From contig MU058213.1 of NCBI GenBank assembly GCA_013265495.1, forward strand, positions 372,001-436,000: 64,000 nt of DNA, given 5' to 3'. The translations under genes were made by a program, and so were the position numbers. Of the stretch, positions 26,643 through 39,573 are shown one piece after another (the first letter of the stretch is position 1; each line of letters begins with the position of its first letter). This DNA comes from Vicugna vicugna. Lineage: Eukaryota. The notes beneath the pieces are model-generated. The model saw nothing but the letters and a program-made list of their open reading frames with translations. It made no database searches and was not told where the DNA came from.

Positions 26643-27765
26643 GTAAGGATTTAGTGTGATTGTAAATTGCAAACTTCACCCATTTGTTAAGAGCTCTTAT
26701 TAAAGATTCCCACGATCAAATTAGGCCACAGTCTCCTCTCAGAGCCCAGAAGACTCTGGGCACCTCCCAGGTGCAGAAGGGAACAGACCTCCATTTCTCT
26801 TATTTTTCTAATCAGGCTTGTAAGCAAAGGCATTTTCTTTTCTTTTCCATTTTGTTATGAAAAATATCAAACAGAAGCAGAGAGAATAGTATAATGAATC
26901 CACATACATCCGTCACCCATCTTCAATAATTATCAACATTTTGCCAATTTTGTTTCGTCTACCTGCCCCCCTTTCCTTGGAGTGTCTTAAACAAAGGTGT
27001 TTTCTGAGCACATATGAGGTGCACCCTGCAGTCACAAAAGCAGTCGCTCACTTACTGAAAACAGAACCAGACTCTGTTCAGAGTGCCAGAGACGTGAAGG
27101 ACCATAAGATGCAGCTCCCCCACCCCACTCCACGTTGCTCGCAACATCAGTAAAGCTCTGGTGGCCTCTGCTCAGGGCTAACACAGATAGGCACGGTGGC
27201 ACAAAGGAAGTAAGAGGAGGGGGCATGTTTCCTTACATTGGGAGAAAAGGTGGCAGGAAAGCCTTTGCTGGAAAGGCAAGGAAGAGTTTGCAAGTGAGGG
27301 GAGATGGGGGCAGAGGGAACGCTGGGTACAAAGACATAAAGGGACAAACGAGCGATGCTTTCTGGAAACCGGGGCTGTTCAGGTTCCCAGAAACACTGGG
27401 GTCTGGAGGGAGGACCTGCAGACAGAGCTGGGGAGGCGGTCAGCAGCCAGGTCAGGAAGAGGCTTGTACACCCTGCAAAGGAGGTTAACTTTAGCCAGAG
27501 GAGACTCAATCAGGGCTTAATTAGGCTAAGAACTGAGGAACTATCTGGTAGCAGTGTGGCTACAGGTTGAAAAACTAAAACCCCAGCAGTCAGGCAAGAG
27601 CTAGGAGGCAAGGATCTGGAGCAGAAATGATGGGGCTTAAACCAAGGTGAGGCAGAGGAAGCGAAGAAGGGAGAAACTCAAGAGCTATGTGGAGAGAGGA
27701 TTCTAGTGTGATTCCCGGGTGTCTGGCCAGAGAAGTTGCAAAGTGATGCTTTTAAAAGGAGATGA

Positions 27766-27929
27766 ACACTGCTTTTCAAACTTAAAAATACATTCATATC
27801 ATCTGTGGAGCTTCTAAATTTCTTGATGCCCACAGGACCATGAACTCAAACTCGAGGGGCAGGACCCAGGCCCCAGTATTTTTCAAACCCTCATTCTTAC
27901 ACTGCACAACCATGACTGAGAACCAGTGA
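27766..27929. mobile_element. MER5-like MITE
   Basis: cactgcttttcaaactt ... gactgagaaccagtg. Confidence 0.55.
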
Positions 27930-30608
27930 GGTAGAACACATCGGAAGCAAGAGGTATTTTCAGCACCCTTTTAGCCTGTGATCATATAAGTTGAACGAGG
28001 AAGGAACAATTATCAGATCTTCACACATGCTTTATTTGGTTCAAAATGATGTGAATTTCCAGGCTGTCAGCTCCATTAAAATTCACATGAACCATATTTC
28101 ATCAAATCTGTTATTGTATGGAAAATGCACCACTGTTTCATGTACCACTAAGGAAGAAAAATAACATGCTATCAATGATCGCCAAGACTTAAAAAAATTT
28201 TTAAGTCTATCTTAGAATCAAAGTAATATAGCATGTACCAAAATGCATTCTGAAACCAGTGTAAATTGTATGGACCAACCATTTGGAGGATTTATGTTAT
28301 TTCTTTCACTGATTAACATATGAATCTGACTCCTGGTCATAACCAGCCACATCCTGCAATTCAATCTTCCAGTTACAGAAACGACCAACCTAGTAAAGCA
28401 TGGAACTCCAGTGCTTGCATACTGAAGGCTCTGTGAGCAAGCACAGAATGGCAGTGTTGAGTCTGATGCTCCCTTCTGCTTCCAGGAAGGGAGGCTGACA
28501 TGCAGTTCACCCTCGTGTAGGCAAGAGAGTTCTTCCCCTCCTGCCTTCATACATGCTCTGCCCGACTCGGTCATCTCTCAAAGCCTGTGGGAACCCAGGT
28601 CCTAGGGCCGTGCAGTGGCTGCAGCTGTGTGAGCAGGAAGCCTTATGATTAGCTCTGACCTTCTTTAACCTCTGCCGATGCCCTTTGCTTGTCCGGGGCC
28701 TGGGTGACCTCAGTCTCCTTCCCAAATCCAGGAAAGGGAGACCCATGTGCTGTGACAGTGAGGATGGTGATCGAATCTTATGCCGCCATCAAAAGAAAGT
28801 CTGTACTTTTAAAAATGTGAATCACAGTCCTCTTTTGAGCCTTACCATCTTAAAACCTTTTAAACTATTGTCTGGTGTATTCTAACAGCCTGCTAGGGTA
28901 GAGCTGGGATGGACTCCAACTGCCTTTCCCCTGCACCAGGCTGGTTTCCCCAACAACACACAGTGATAATCATGTCATAACGAGACCATTTTTCCATTTC
29001 ATAAGAAAACAAAATATTTTCCCGTTTGTCCATTTGAATCACCTGGACCTCTTCACCTCTGTTTTTGGAAGTCTGCATTTTGTCCCTCTAAAGATGTCCC
29101 TGAACTGATTCTGAAGAGCAGTTATTCATTCAAACCAGTGATGAGCGAGAGGGGCCTCTGTGCCCCGTGAGCCGGTCAGGAACCAGCTCACGAGGCGCAC
29201 ACAAAGTGCATGCTCAGCTGGCTTCTCCAGCTCATGCCTGACAGTGAGGGAGAGTCAAAAACCACACCAGACAGAACCCCCAAGCACTTAGTGTTCGTCC
29301 TGCACTTGTTAGATGCTTCACATGCACTACGTCAAGGTCATAGAGCAGTCAAAGCTGTGACTATAGACAAAATGGAATCCCAAGCTTGACTCTCTCGTGA
29401 CCCGAGCAAGGGACTTACCTCCTCTGTCCTGTTTCTTCGTCTCTGCGTCAGGGAGAGTAATGCTTTCTTCATGGGGTTTTGCAGGGAGGAAACAAGATGA
29501 TAGCTGTCAGTGCCCAGTGCTGGGAGTTGGCTGTTTAAGCCTCATGGCCGTGCCCAAGCGGGAAGAAGCAAATGCCCTCCTGGGTGGACAGGAAACAGCC
29601 TGTCAGGGCCTCCGCTCATCTTAAGAGGATAAACACCTGGTGCTTGTAGAGAGGGCCTTCATGTCTGGTTCTCCTTTCATGCAGAGGCTTAAAGACGCCC
29701 TGGTGACCCTGGTTCAGGACATTCAGGCTTGCCAACGGTGGCCATGGAATGCTAAGATTTTGGACCCCACTCTCTCCTTTCTCTTCCCTTTACAAACTGA
29801 CAAAAGGCAGGGCCTGTTCCAGGGGCTGCCAACAGCCAGGATGAATGACACTGTCTCCAAGGAACTCAGCCTTGGGCAACTCACAATCTGGAAGGGTCTC
29901 CCCAAATACTCTCTGATGTGGAAGACCTACCTGCCCAATCATGGGGATGTGGGTCATAAATTTTGGTACCTCCATAGGATGGATGAATTATATGTAGCCA
30001 TTGAAAATGGTGTTTCTGGGGAGTATCAATGCTTACTGTGTAAACTGAGTGAAAGGAACTAGTTATAAGGTTGAATGTAAGCTGTAATCATAATTCTGTG
30101 TTGAGACAGATACACTGAAAAGCGAAAAGGAAATAGAACAATATCCACTGTGGTTATCTATAATGAATAGAATTCAGGTGATTTAAATTTTATAGTCATG
30201 TTTTATAGGCTGCATTTTCCATATTTTAAAATAATAAGCATATAATACTTAAAGAATCAAGGAAAAATGTGAGGTTTCTTTCAAGCCTTCAGAAAGATGC
30301 CACCGGCAGCCTCCTTGCTTGGAAATTTTTTTCATGAGTAGTTCAATAGTTTACATAAAGTTTTTGTTTAAGTAGGACAGAGGAACCACAAAGAGGCTAT
30401 GGTTTGACTTTTTACTCCATGCATACAATTCAAACAGCATGAAAATTAAGATAATTCTTAATATAGAAAAAATATGTGGGCTGTCACCTCAATACGGATT
30501 TAGCCAGTGTAGCACATGCAGGAAGTCAGAACACCTGCTTCTGATCATAACCTTTACTAGCTGTGTGACCTCCAACAAGGCACTTAAGCTTTAGGGTCTT
30601 ATTACCTC

Positions 30609-30874
30609 CAGTGTGTTTTCTGGACCAGCAGCATCAACATCTCCTCGGAGCTTGTTTAAAATGCAGAATCTCAGGGTAGAGTAGAGCTCAGTGGCAGAGT
30701 GCCTGCTTAAGCATGCACGAGGTCCGGGGTTCAATTCCTGGTACCGCCATTAAAATGAAATACAGAAACCTACCCCCTCCCCACTCCAACCACCTCCGGC
30801 CAACCGAATATAAGTCTACAACTGCCCAAGAGCCCCAGGTGGTTGGTATAAACGTGAAAGTTTGCAAAGCCCTG
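30609..30874. mobile_element. MER5A-like MITE interrupted by a SINE
   Basis: ggaccagcagcatcaacatc...aaatgcagaatctc | ...aagagccccaggtgg...aaagtttgcaaagccctg. Confidence 0.65.
30674..30760 (+). mobile_element. Short vic-1-like SINE inserted in a MER5A-like element
   Basis: AGCTCAGTGGCAGAGTGCCTGCTTAAGCATGCACGAGGTCCGGGGTTCAATTCC; flanks aaatgcagaatct / aaatacagaaacct. Confidence 0.8.
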
Positions 30875-31455
30875 GTTTCTAAGCCTGTTCCCTTTGTGGC
30901 AAAATGAGGGCAATTTTCCCACCTGAACACCTTGTAAAGTTGTGATTGTCCGCCAAGGGGGGCTGAAGAGGGAGTCAAGGAGGTGAGCTGCCCAACTGGA
31001 AAAATGTGCAAGGAGCCGCCATACCGTGAAACAGACTGCATGGAGCGAAACAGCACTTCACTATAGTTCAGCAAGATGGCACAACGCCGGCTTTGGGCAC
31101 TTGTCCTTTTCATTCTGCCCACGCATGCGTATTGTTTATAATGCTGACTCACGCTACTGGCGCATGCGTAAATTTACCTCTTACCAGGTGCAAGCTATTG
31201 TGAACTTTGACCTGGGCCCCACGGCCTACTCACTTAAGGCTGCCCACAGTGGTGAAGAACACAGGAAATACTAAAATGCACATAAACATAATATGAAGCT
31301 GCAAACTACTGCACAAAAGCCAAGAACTAAAGTGTCTTCCAATGTGAAAGACAGGGCATGGGATTTGTACAAAATTCTTCTTCGCTAATGGTAATCACTG
31401 TAATGGGTTGTACTTTCCTGATCTTTGCTCGTGATACTCTAATGATATTTTCCAG

Positions 31456-31574
31456 ATTATGACCTTTCAAAGATGAGGGACTTCATCAACCAACAAGCTG
31501 ATGCTTACGTGGAGAAAGGCATCCTTGACAAAGAAGAAGCCGAAGCCATCAAGCGTATTTACAGCAGCCTGTAG
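31456..31574 (+). CDS. SCG3: SCG3 terminal coding exon (approx. exon 12), stop TAG 31572-31574
   Basis: ttccag|ATTATG...; DYDLSKMRDFINQQADAYVEKGILDKEEAEAIKRIYSSL*, the canonical SCG3 C-terminus; all nine exons join in frame (1223 nt). Confidence 0.97.
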
Positions 31575-32025
31575 AAATGGCAGACAATCCAGGAGAGGCT
31601 TCTAACTGTTTCAGAAAATAGAGTATAGCTTCAAACGCTTCTCATTCTGTGACTAAAGTTATTTTGACCCAAGGACTATTAGAAACTGCCGAATTTACAG
31701 TAGTTAACCTTTTAGAAGTGGTGAAAATATAGCTTTCTTGCCGTAAAAAGTATCTGACAAGTAAAGTTGTATGTACGCTGAGGTTTTGTATATAGAATCC
31801 TTACCTCCTTATAGACTTACATTTCATAACCATATATATGTTGCTTTGGAAAAGCCTGTGATGGACTGATCTTACAGCTGAAATTTCTTCCCACTGTGCC
31901 ACACACACAAGCTCCCCCTGAAGAATAGGGGGTCTGTTTTCAAGGCATGCTGGGTACCAAAGCATCTCAGAGACTGTATCTGTTACCAGATGTCATTTTC
32001 AGACCTGTTCCCTTTGGGGAGTTGA

Positions 32026-32031
32026 AATAAA
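32026..32031 (+). terminator. SCG3: Candidate SCG3 polyadenylation signal AATAAA (variant AGTAAA also at 31760-31765)
   Basis: First canonical AATAAA I found downstream of the stop, about 450 nt into the 3'UTR; usage cannot be shown from sequence. Confidence 0.45.
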
Positions 32032-34585
32032 TTCACATTTCCTCTGAGCCTCTGCAGATTTACATATAGCAATTTGCTTTTTTGGCTGCTCCTGCTGATT
32101 CTTAATCAGGCCCAATGACACAAAAAGGAACCTGAAAAATGGGCATAGGGTTTGCTGGATTTATTAACAATCCCCCACCCCCCGAATCTCCATCCACATA
32201 TTCTAGTGAGTTTTCAGACTCTGAGTTTCTTTTAAGAGGGATTATCTCTGTACTTTCCAAGAAGACAAGTCATAAGCACTCCATAAAGCAAGGTAAAAAT
32301 TTATGCCAGATCTGAGTTTTCTCAACTGAAATTAATCCAAGCCAAGGTTTCTTAACAGAGAGCAAGAGGGCCAGGACGTAGAGTAGATAGAGAGATAAAA
32401 GGCATTCTCTTCCCTGTGGGCCAACGCTGGTAGATGAGCTTCCCCAGAGGACAAGGTACGACCTTCAGGTCCCAGTGACCCCTTTTCCTCAGTCACCACC
32501 GCCACCAACACAGTCCTGGAAACAACATACAGTGACCCAAGGTCCTCCTGAAGTGTTAATGGGCAATGTCCCAAACCAAAGAATGCTTTGAAAATGTATT
32601 AGTCAGTATAAATTAACGATGTCAATATTTTTCTACATATTTCAGTTAAAATCATAAAAATAACATAATGCTTTGTATTATCAGCTGTCACTACTTCAAA
32701 TGGCCTGCTGACACCTGTCTTGAATGCCCTGCCTCGTGCTCATTTTTGGTGAGGACTGGGGAACATACAGGGAGGCTCTAAGAGGCTGTATTCCCAGGTA
32801 GGAGACCACTGCTGCTCCTCCCTCTCCGCTCCAGAGTTGCCAAAACAAACAAAAACCACAACCTGACACAGACAGCAATCAAACTCAGTATGTTCGAGAG
32901 AAGCCAATACCCACTGGTGAGCAGTGAGAGGGAACTAAAAACATCTTTGCCCAAACTATACTTGCCAAAGCACGATGAGTCAGTCTGCCTGAATGAGTCA
33001 TCTTTGATGACACGACCGACCCTACTTCACCCGGGTCCTGTGATCCAAACACGCTGCTTCTACGTTAGAGAGAATTAACGGATTGTGACTCAAGCATTTT
33101 ACCCATTCACTTTCCTGTCATTTATCTAAATATCTATGCCGTATTTTAAAAAATCGGACACTTACTAAGGGAGTTCTTTGTAGCTTTCAGAGCACAGTGA
33201 CATTGATTAGCTTCTACTGTTAACCAAGACAGGAGGAGATCTTCGGTCCTGTTTCATACACAAGGAAACTGGTTCATCAAAAGGGCACAGGACAAGTCTA
33301 AATTCTGATGGTTAGGAAGTGGTACAGCTGGGACTAGACCCCAGGCTGCTTGTCTCAGTTCCCTCCTCCACAGTTGCTTGTGTGCGAGGCAGGGACCAAA
33401 ATGCTCTGGTCCAGGACGGTTCAACTGTGGCCACAGGGAACTCAAAGTTTTTAGTAACTTGAAGATGAAGGGAGAGATGTTTAGGCTAGAATCTCCTTAG
33501 GCAAAAATAAAATACTCAGAAAAATGTTTTTGAGATTGTGGTCTTAATTTCAAATTTGAGCTGATGTTACATCTTTTGGATAGTGGTTTTTGGATTTGTT
33601 TCCTTTGAATTACTCTCAAATTTCAGGTTATTTTATGTTAAATAGAACAAAAACTCTTCACATTGAAAAAAAAAAGTTCCTGGGACTTTTTTAAAGAGGC
33701 CTTGACCTTTTCTTACACACACCACTGTTTCCCTTCCTTTATTTTTCTTCTTTTCATTTGCTGCTTTTCCAACTACCTCCAAATAGTTCAGGTCGTAGTG
33801 GACACAAGAAAACAACAAAGCAGGATCAAGAGATCACCCTACATCAAAGATGCTAATAACATGAGGAAAAAAACATGAGAAATAAAAACATGAGATGTTA
33901 CCATGAGAAAAAGCATGAGAAAAAAAATGAGGGGAAAAACCCCAAAATACAAAGGATTATGTAGGTTATGAACAAACAAGAAATTCAAGACAAGGGCAAA
34001 GAGCTAATGCTTCCCACTCATGCCCCTGTTGTTCAGCCCCAAGGGTTGGGTATGTGCCGTTCTGGTTCTGAGTTCTGCTGCATAAACACTTCGTTTCCTG
34101 CTTAATGGAAGACCTGGGGGAGCAAGACAGGGAGAAGAAAATGAGGAAAGAGAAAGAGAGAAGGGAAGCAGGGTCCCTTTTGCCCCACAGAAAGCAGACT
34201 CCTTTTGAGATATTGAGGAGGGATAAATGTGGGGAATTTCTGTGGAAGCTCAAAGAGCTACTTAACCTGGTACTTGAATAGAAATTGAAATTTTTAAAAA
34301 TTTAATTATAAATAATACATTGCTTAAAGTTTACTGCTGTAACCTGTCCATATATAAAAGTAAGACAAATTAAATTATGTGAATAAAAACCTAACCCCTC
34401 AATTGAAATGGGCACAGTGACTGCAAAATACCCTGTAAAGTGACTTATCAATGAAATCTAAATTTACCAATGTGTTTGCTCATGGTATTGTTTTTTACTT
34501 CTTCTTTTGATATATTCCAAGTTTTCACCATACCTGAAACACAAGTCAGATACTATTTAAATGCAAAGGTTATCAGTAATTACAA

Positions 34586-34591
34586 TTTATT
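34586..34591 (-). terminator. LYSMD2: Candidate LYSMD2 polyadenylation signal AATAAA
   Basis: TTTATT on + strand about 690 nt past the LYSMD2 stop in an AT-rich 3'UTR. Confidence 0.4.
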
Positions 34592-35279
34592 TGCTTTTAG
34601 ATTACTGAATGTTTTTTCAAAATTGCAATTATAGTAACAAAAATCATTGGAGGAGAGGTTGTCACTCTTTCAAAACTGTAATTTAAAAATCCATTTTATA
34701 TTCCCATTTGTTGAAAAAACATTGAGACTCGAATATGAAAACATAGTTTATTTTTCTTATTCAGACTTTCATAGCTTACTTTTACAAAATAGCAGACAAA
34801 ATTTGTTTCTCTATTGCAATGCAGAATATGTAACACATATCGAAATATATATATATATATATTGCACTTAAGTTATAAACACATAGCGAAATCAGCATCA
34901 CTTAAACAGCAATCATGTTTTTCACATAATTAGGATTTCTCAGGAGATAAACATTGTTTTTAGCTTGAATATGTAAATAGTCTTTGAGGCTTTATGTCAA
35001 CTAGTATTTACAAAAGCTAGTCTAAAAACTACCACCACCTGCAAAAGTGATGAGCTTTAGGATACAATTTTGCTATCATGCCATAATAAAGACTTCAAAT
35101 TACAGAAAGCCCGAGGTCACTAATCACTTTAGTGCAACTGCCAAAGATGGAACTACTTAATTGTGATTTAAAGACGTATGCTATGAGAATCCAAAAGGGA
35201 TGCTTTTGAATCTTCAGGTGCTGATTTCTTTATGATCCAACCATCTCTTAACCCAGGTTAGATTATGCCCCCTGATCAT

Positions 35280-35322
35280 CTAGCTGTGATAAAGGGAAGT
35301 TGCATAGGGACTTTCTTCATCT
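35280..35322 (-). CDS. LYSMD2: LYSMD2 terminal coding exon 3
   Basis: Minus strand tttttcag|A GAT GAA GAA AGT CCC TAT GCA ACT TCC CTT TAT CAC AGC TAG = (R)DEESPYATSLYHS*. Confidence 0.96.
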
Positions 35323-36352
35323 CTGAAAAAAAAAAAGAAAAAAGAAATACAGCATAAATCAGTGTGTAAAAACTGCACTCAGAAAACTAACATATATTCA
35401 TTATACAACTTAATATCCACTTGCCAAAGAAGGGCAGGAGTATATCAACTTATAACATCATGTGTGCCTTCAAAGCTGTAGGAAATGCAAATACTCATTA
35501 AGGTATGCCTCACTGTCTCCATTTTATTGCTGTCTCAGTTATTGGAATAAAGAATGGTACTTGTTATATATTTGCATTTGTTTATATTATGTAAAGTTAC
35601 ATTAAATTATAAATTCATTATATTCACATTTATATTTGTTTATATTTTTAATATTCTACCTTTTTCTCAAAAGGCTTTAGGGTACCTACAACAAAAGGCA
35701 TACATACAATAATATAAATAAAATAGAAATTAAAAATCAGGACTAAGGAAAGGAGAAGGGTATAAATACATTAACCATGAGAAATGTTGTGGTAATTGAA
35801 CTGAGCATCAATTTTGGCTGCAAGCTTCCTGGTAGCCAGGGCAAAAAAGAAAACACAATAGATCATGCCATTCTTGGAATCATAAAGGAAGAAGGAAACC
35901 ATTCTACAGGAGATAGGTTTGCCCTCCTACCAACTTAAAGAACAAAGAGAAAAAGCTCACGTGACATCTTTTGTAGGAAACACCTGGTAACAAATAGCAA
36001 TGTCCTTGACACATTTTATAAGGAACAGTATTTTAGATGTATACTCTAGGGCACCGCTTCCTCTGAGAGTGTCAACTAGACATCTACTTGGATGCTCTCC
36101 AGAATTGCTGGCTAGACAGTTACACTATTAAAGCAAAGAAGTAAACTTTTTGTCATAAGTAACAAAGACAAAAGCATTGCAACAGATAAAGCCTTATGCA
36201 GAATGCAGTAGCTCTGTATAGACTTTATATTAAAAATGACTTTCTAGAATTAAAATACAGTTTTCAAAGCAAAAAAAGAAAAGAAAATTTGACCAAGCAA
36301 CATCTGAAGAGTAATTTATTCAGCCTCTGACATTTTTCCAGCGTATTTTTAC

Positions 36353-36684
36353 CTGCTCTCTTCTTTTAGTTTCTTGGCTGCCTGTGTTGATAACTTAATC
36401 TGCAAGTCCAGCCTCTGCAGGAAATCTCTGGCTGACACGTCCTCAGGCTGCGTGGGCTGAACATCCGACTCTTGAGGACTGGGAGGAGAGAGGTCTTCCC
36501 CAGCCGCTACCAGCTCTTCTTCATGACAAAAACTGCTATCGACAGTTTCGTTTTCTGGAGAATCTACCGAGTTAAGTCCGTTAAACAGCAAAGGCTTCTC
36601 TGATATAACTGGGATGTTCAAAGTTTTCTTCAGAAATATACAATCATTGGTAAACAGTTTATTTGCCCTTTTAATCTGCTCCAT
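36353..36684 (-). CDS. LYSMD2: LYSMD2 coding exon 2
   Basis: ttttag|ATGGAG...GAGAGCAG|gtaaa; 332 bp; MEQIKRANKLFTNDCIFLKKTLNIP (second half of LysM) ...RDFLQRLDLQIKLSTQAAKKLKEES. Confidence 0.97.
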
Positions 36685-38310
36685 CTAAAATATTTTAGAA
36701 AAGGCAACACAGAGTTACAAATAAATAAATCTAAAAGTAGGGCTTATTACACAACACAAACTAAAAACATCCATGAGCAAAATGTGTGCAATGCTTTCTC
36801 TGAATCTGAAATTCTTTTTTTTTTTTTTGGCTTAATACGTGTTCATTTAATCTTTACATTCATCCTATGATGGAGGTACTATTATGCATGGAGAAACTCA
36901 GGGCAGAGAACAAAAATAACTTGCCCAAGGTCACAGCTGGTACGTGGCCAAGCTGAGATATGGGTTTGGTCAAGCTCCAGAATCTGTATTCTGGATCTGA
37001 AACTCTTAATTCAGGTTTAGTCACCTCCCAAGATACCCCTAGTTATTTCAAGAGATGCCAAGAAATTCTCTTTCACAATTTTACAAGAAGAAAGACTGAT
37101 TCCCTCCCTGCTGTATTATTTTCCCTACAAGGAAGCTTTTACCAAGCAGCTTCAAATCCACAAAGTTAAAAAATGTAGAATATTTAGCACTTACTTTATA
37201 CATTTCAATCTTATTTTAACATTTCCATTATCTGATTTTTAAAAAAAACTCCCTAGTGTGTGATTTTTCCTTAAGGAGTGTTTCCTGTCTCCAGAATTGT
37301 GTTTGGTAAATATAATGGACGCAGGAAGTGATAAAGACGTAAGTACAAGGGGAATTTGGAAGCGTGGTGTAGGCCGGGGCTGCAGTCATTAAGAAGGGCC
37401 TCAGGGAGAAGGTGGGGTTCTGATTTTGATCCTTCTGACTTCAGGTGGGCCTTGAAGAACAAGTAGAAGTGGGGAGATAGGGAGAGCAGGTAGGCGGCAC
37501 TCTGCACAGAGTATCTCATTTTTTCTACGCTATGGATCAGGTGTCCACTTTAAAATAAAAGAAGCAAAACTCAAGATTATGTACCATGGAATCAAACAAT
37601 GAAGATGATTGAAGCTAGATGAAGAAGCTAGAATTTAATATAGGTTTCATCACTTCAGACTCCTTCACAGCCTGTGGATGCTTCCTCCAAACCACAGCAA
37701 AGGGGATGGAAGGGAGGGCTGAAAGGGAGAAGGAGTTTACATATGTGACCTCACTTAACCTTCCTAACAGTTCTGCAAGCTAGATGTTATCATCTCCTTT
37801 TAACAAATGAAGAAAGGGAGATTCCAGATGGTTGAGTGGCATGCCTAAGTCCACGAATGCGGGTTAAGTGTGGACAGGACTTAAACTATGCTGGTGCAGA
37901 GCTGACCAAGAAATACCTACTCTTAGGTTCCTCACACTGTACTGTCGTGTGTCTGCAGACTTCTCCACTCACCCAGCCTAGGAACTCACACCATGCGAGG
38001 CTCTTTACAAGCACTGTACCATCTGATTTTTACCACAACTCTTTCTTGTCAGGTACGTCACCAGGACAGTTTGGTACAATAGCTAAACACACGGGTTTGG
38101 GAATGTGACAGGCTTGGCTTCAAACCCCAGCTCCACCAATACGAACTGTCTGAGCATGAACTTGTTACTTCTCTTGCTGAGCCTGTTTCCTCTTGTGCAA
38201 AACAGGTATCATCTACCCCTCACTGGGTTGTTGGAAGGATCAAATAAGCATTTATACATATACATGCATGGAAGATGTAGATGTAGAGGTAGAGACAGAT
38301 GTGTAGCTAC

Positions 38311-38314
<4 letters not shown>

Positions 38315-38362
<48 letters not shown>
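38315..38362. repeat. (GA)24 microsatellite
   Basis: Direct reading. Confidence 0.95.
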
Positions 38363-38366
<4 letters not shown>

Positions 38367-38986
38367 TGAGGAAATGGTTCTGACTACTCTCCATTTTCTC
38401 TGAAGAACTTCAGGCACACAAGAGATGGCTGATTTGACCAAGTGCACACGGCCCTTTAAATGTATGAGCTGGAATTTCTGTCTGATTCCAAAGTCCATAC
38501 AACACCAGGATTAAAGTACATGACTAATGGAACCCAATTCTGGGATCCTTTAATGCCAAATTGATGGAGTGAAACAATTAGGTTTCTGCTTCAAAGACCC
38601 TAAAAAAACAGTCAAATAAATGGATCCTGTTTCCCCTTGCTTTCTAACTATAAGCTGAATCCACACAAATAGTACATTCAAAGCTTTCTTTTATTTTTCT
38701 TTTAAAGCTACTACATTAAAGTGTCTTTTGTGTAGGGTGGTCATCTGTGTTCTAGTTTCTAGTTAAAGGAGAGAAGGCAACGGTGAGAAAGAACATACTG
38801 AATAGGCAGGTGCATTTTAGAGACAAAATTTAAATCTAAAAATCCTAAGTATCCCTGATCTAGTTTAGGCTTAGATCTGAGCAAGTTAAAGAACTCGAAT
38901 AAACTGAATTCCTTCAGGGCAAAACCTGTTATTTCTACAGCTTCGCTGGGCTGACAAAGATCTTACACACACTACGTGCTCAGAAT

Positions 38987-39038
38987 GATGGATGGATGGA
39001 TGGATGGATGGATGGATGGATGGATGGATGGATGGATG
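38987..39038. repeat. (GATG)13 tetranucleotide microsatellite (probably an L2 tail expansion)
   Basis: Direct reading. Confidence 0.95.
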
Positions 39039-39142
39039 AGTTAATTAATACAGGTCAGAGAAGTAACCAGAAGGGGGTAGGAAGTTATCTGGTGTGTTGA
39101 TAATTCTCCCTTTAAACCCACCCTCACCTCCCCATCCATCCC

Positions 39143-39573
39143 CTACTCCTCTTGAGCCAGTTCTGACCCTAGGAAGCTAACCTCTTCAGAACCACACTCT
39201 CCAAACCCCTGGTCCTTAGAATTCCAGGTGGTGTTCCAAAGGAAGGTACCGGCAGAATGATCACACTGTGACTGGTGCCTGCATCCCTCTACGGCAGAGC
39301 TCCTGCCAGGCAGCCCCTTGTCCACGCCTCCTGCTCTCATGGGTGTCAGTGTTGGTGTCGGGGACACCACTCCTCCTGAGGGCCAGGATGTCTCGCTGCT
39401 GTTGCTAATCTCGGGTGTTTTACCATCCCTTTTTAGTTCCCTTAATCCTTTTCACACTTCTCTAAATGTCCCTGCATTAAACTCTCTTTGGCCACACCCT
39501 CGGAGCATGCTATCTGTACAGGATACGGATATCCTATATCTGCAGGGACCCTGCCTGGGACCCTGACCAACAC
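39143..39573 (+). mobile_element. ERVL/LTR16-like LTR fragment
   Basis: cattaaactctcttt and ggaccctgaccaacaca terminus. Confidence 0.45.

Noticed and set aside
27959..27978. TTCAGCACC, a possible REST/RE1 site (SCG3 is a known REST target)
   Set aside because: Only the left half-site; the GGACAG right half is absent.
2294..30062. Assorted 60-150 aa intronic ORFs in SCG3 introns
   Set aside because: Many begin at non-ATG codons, overlap repeats, and lack splice or homology support; consistent with chance.
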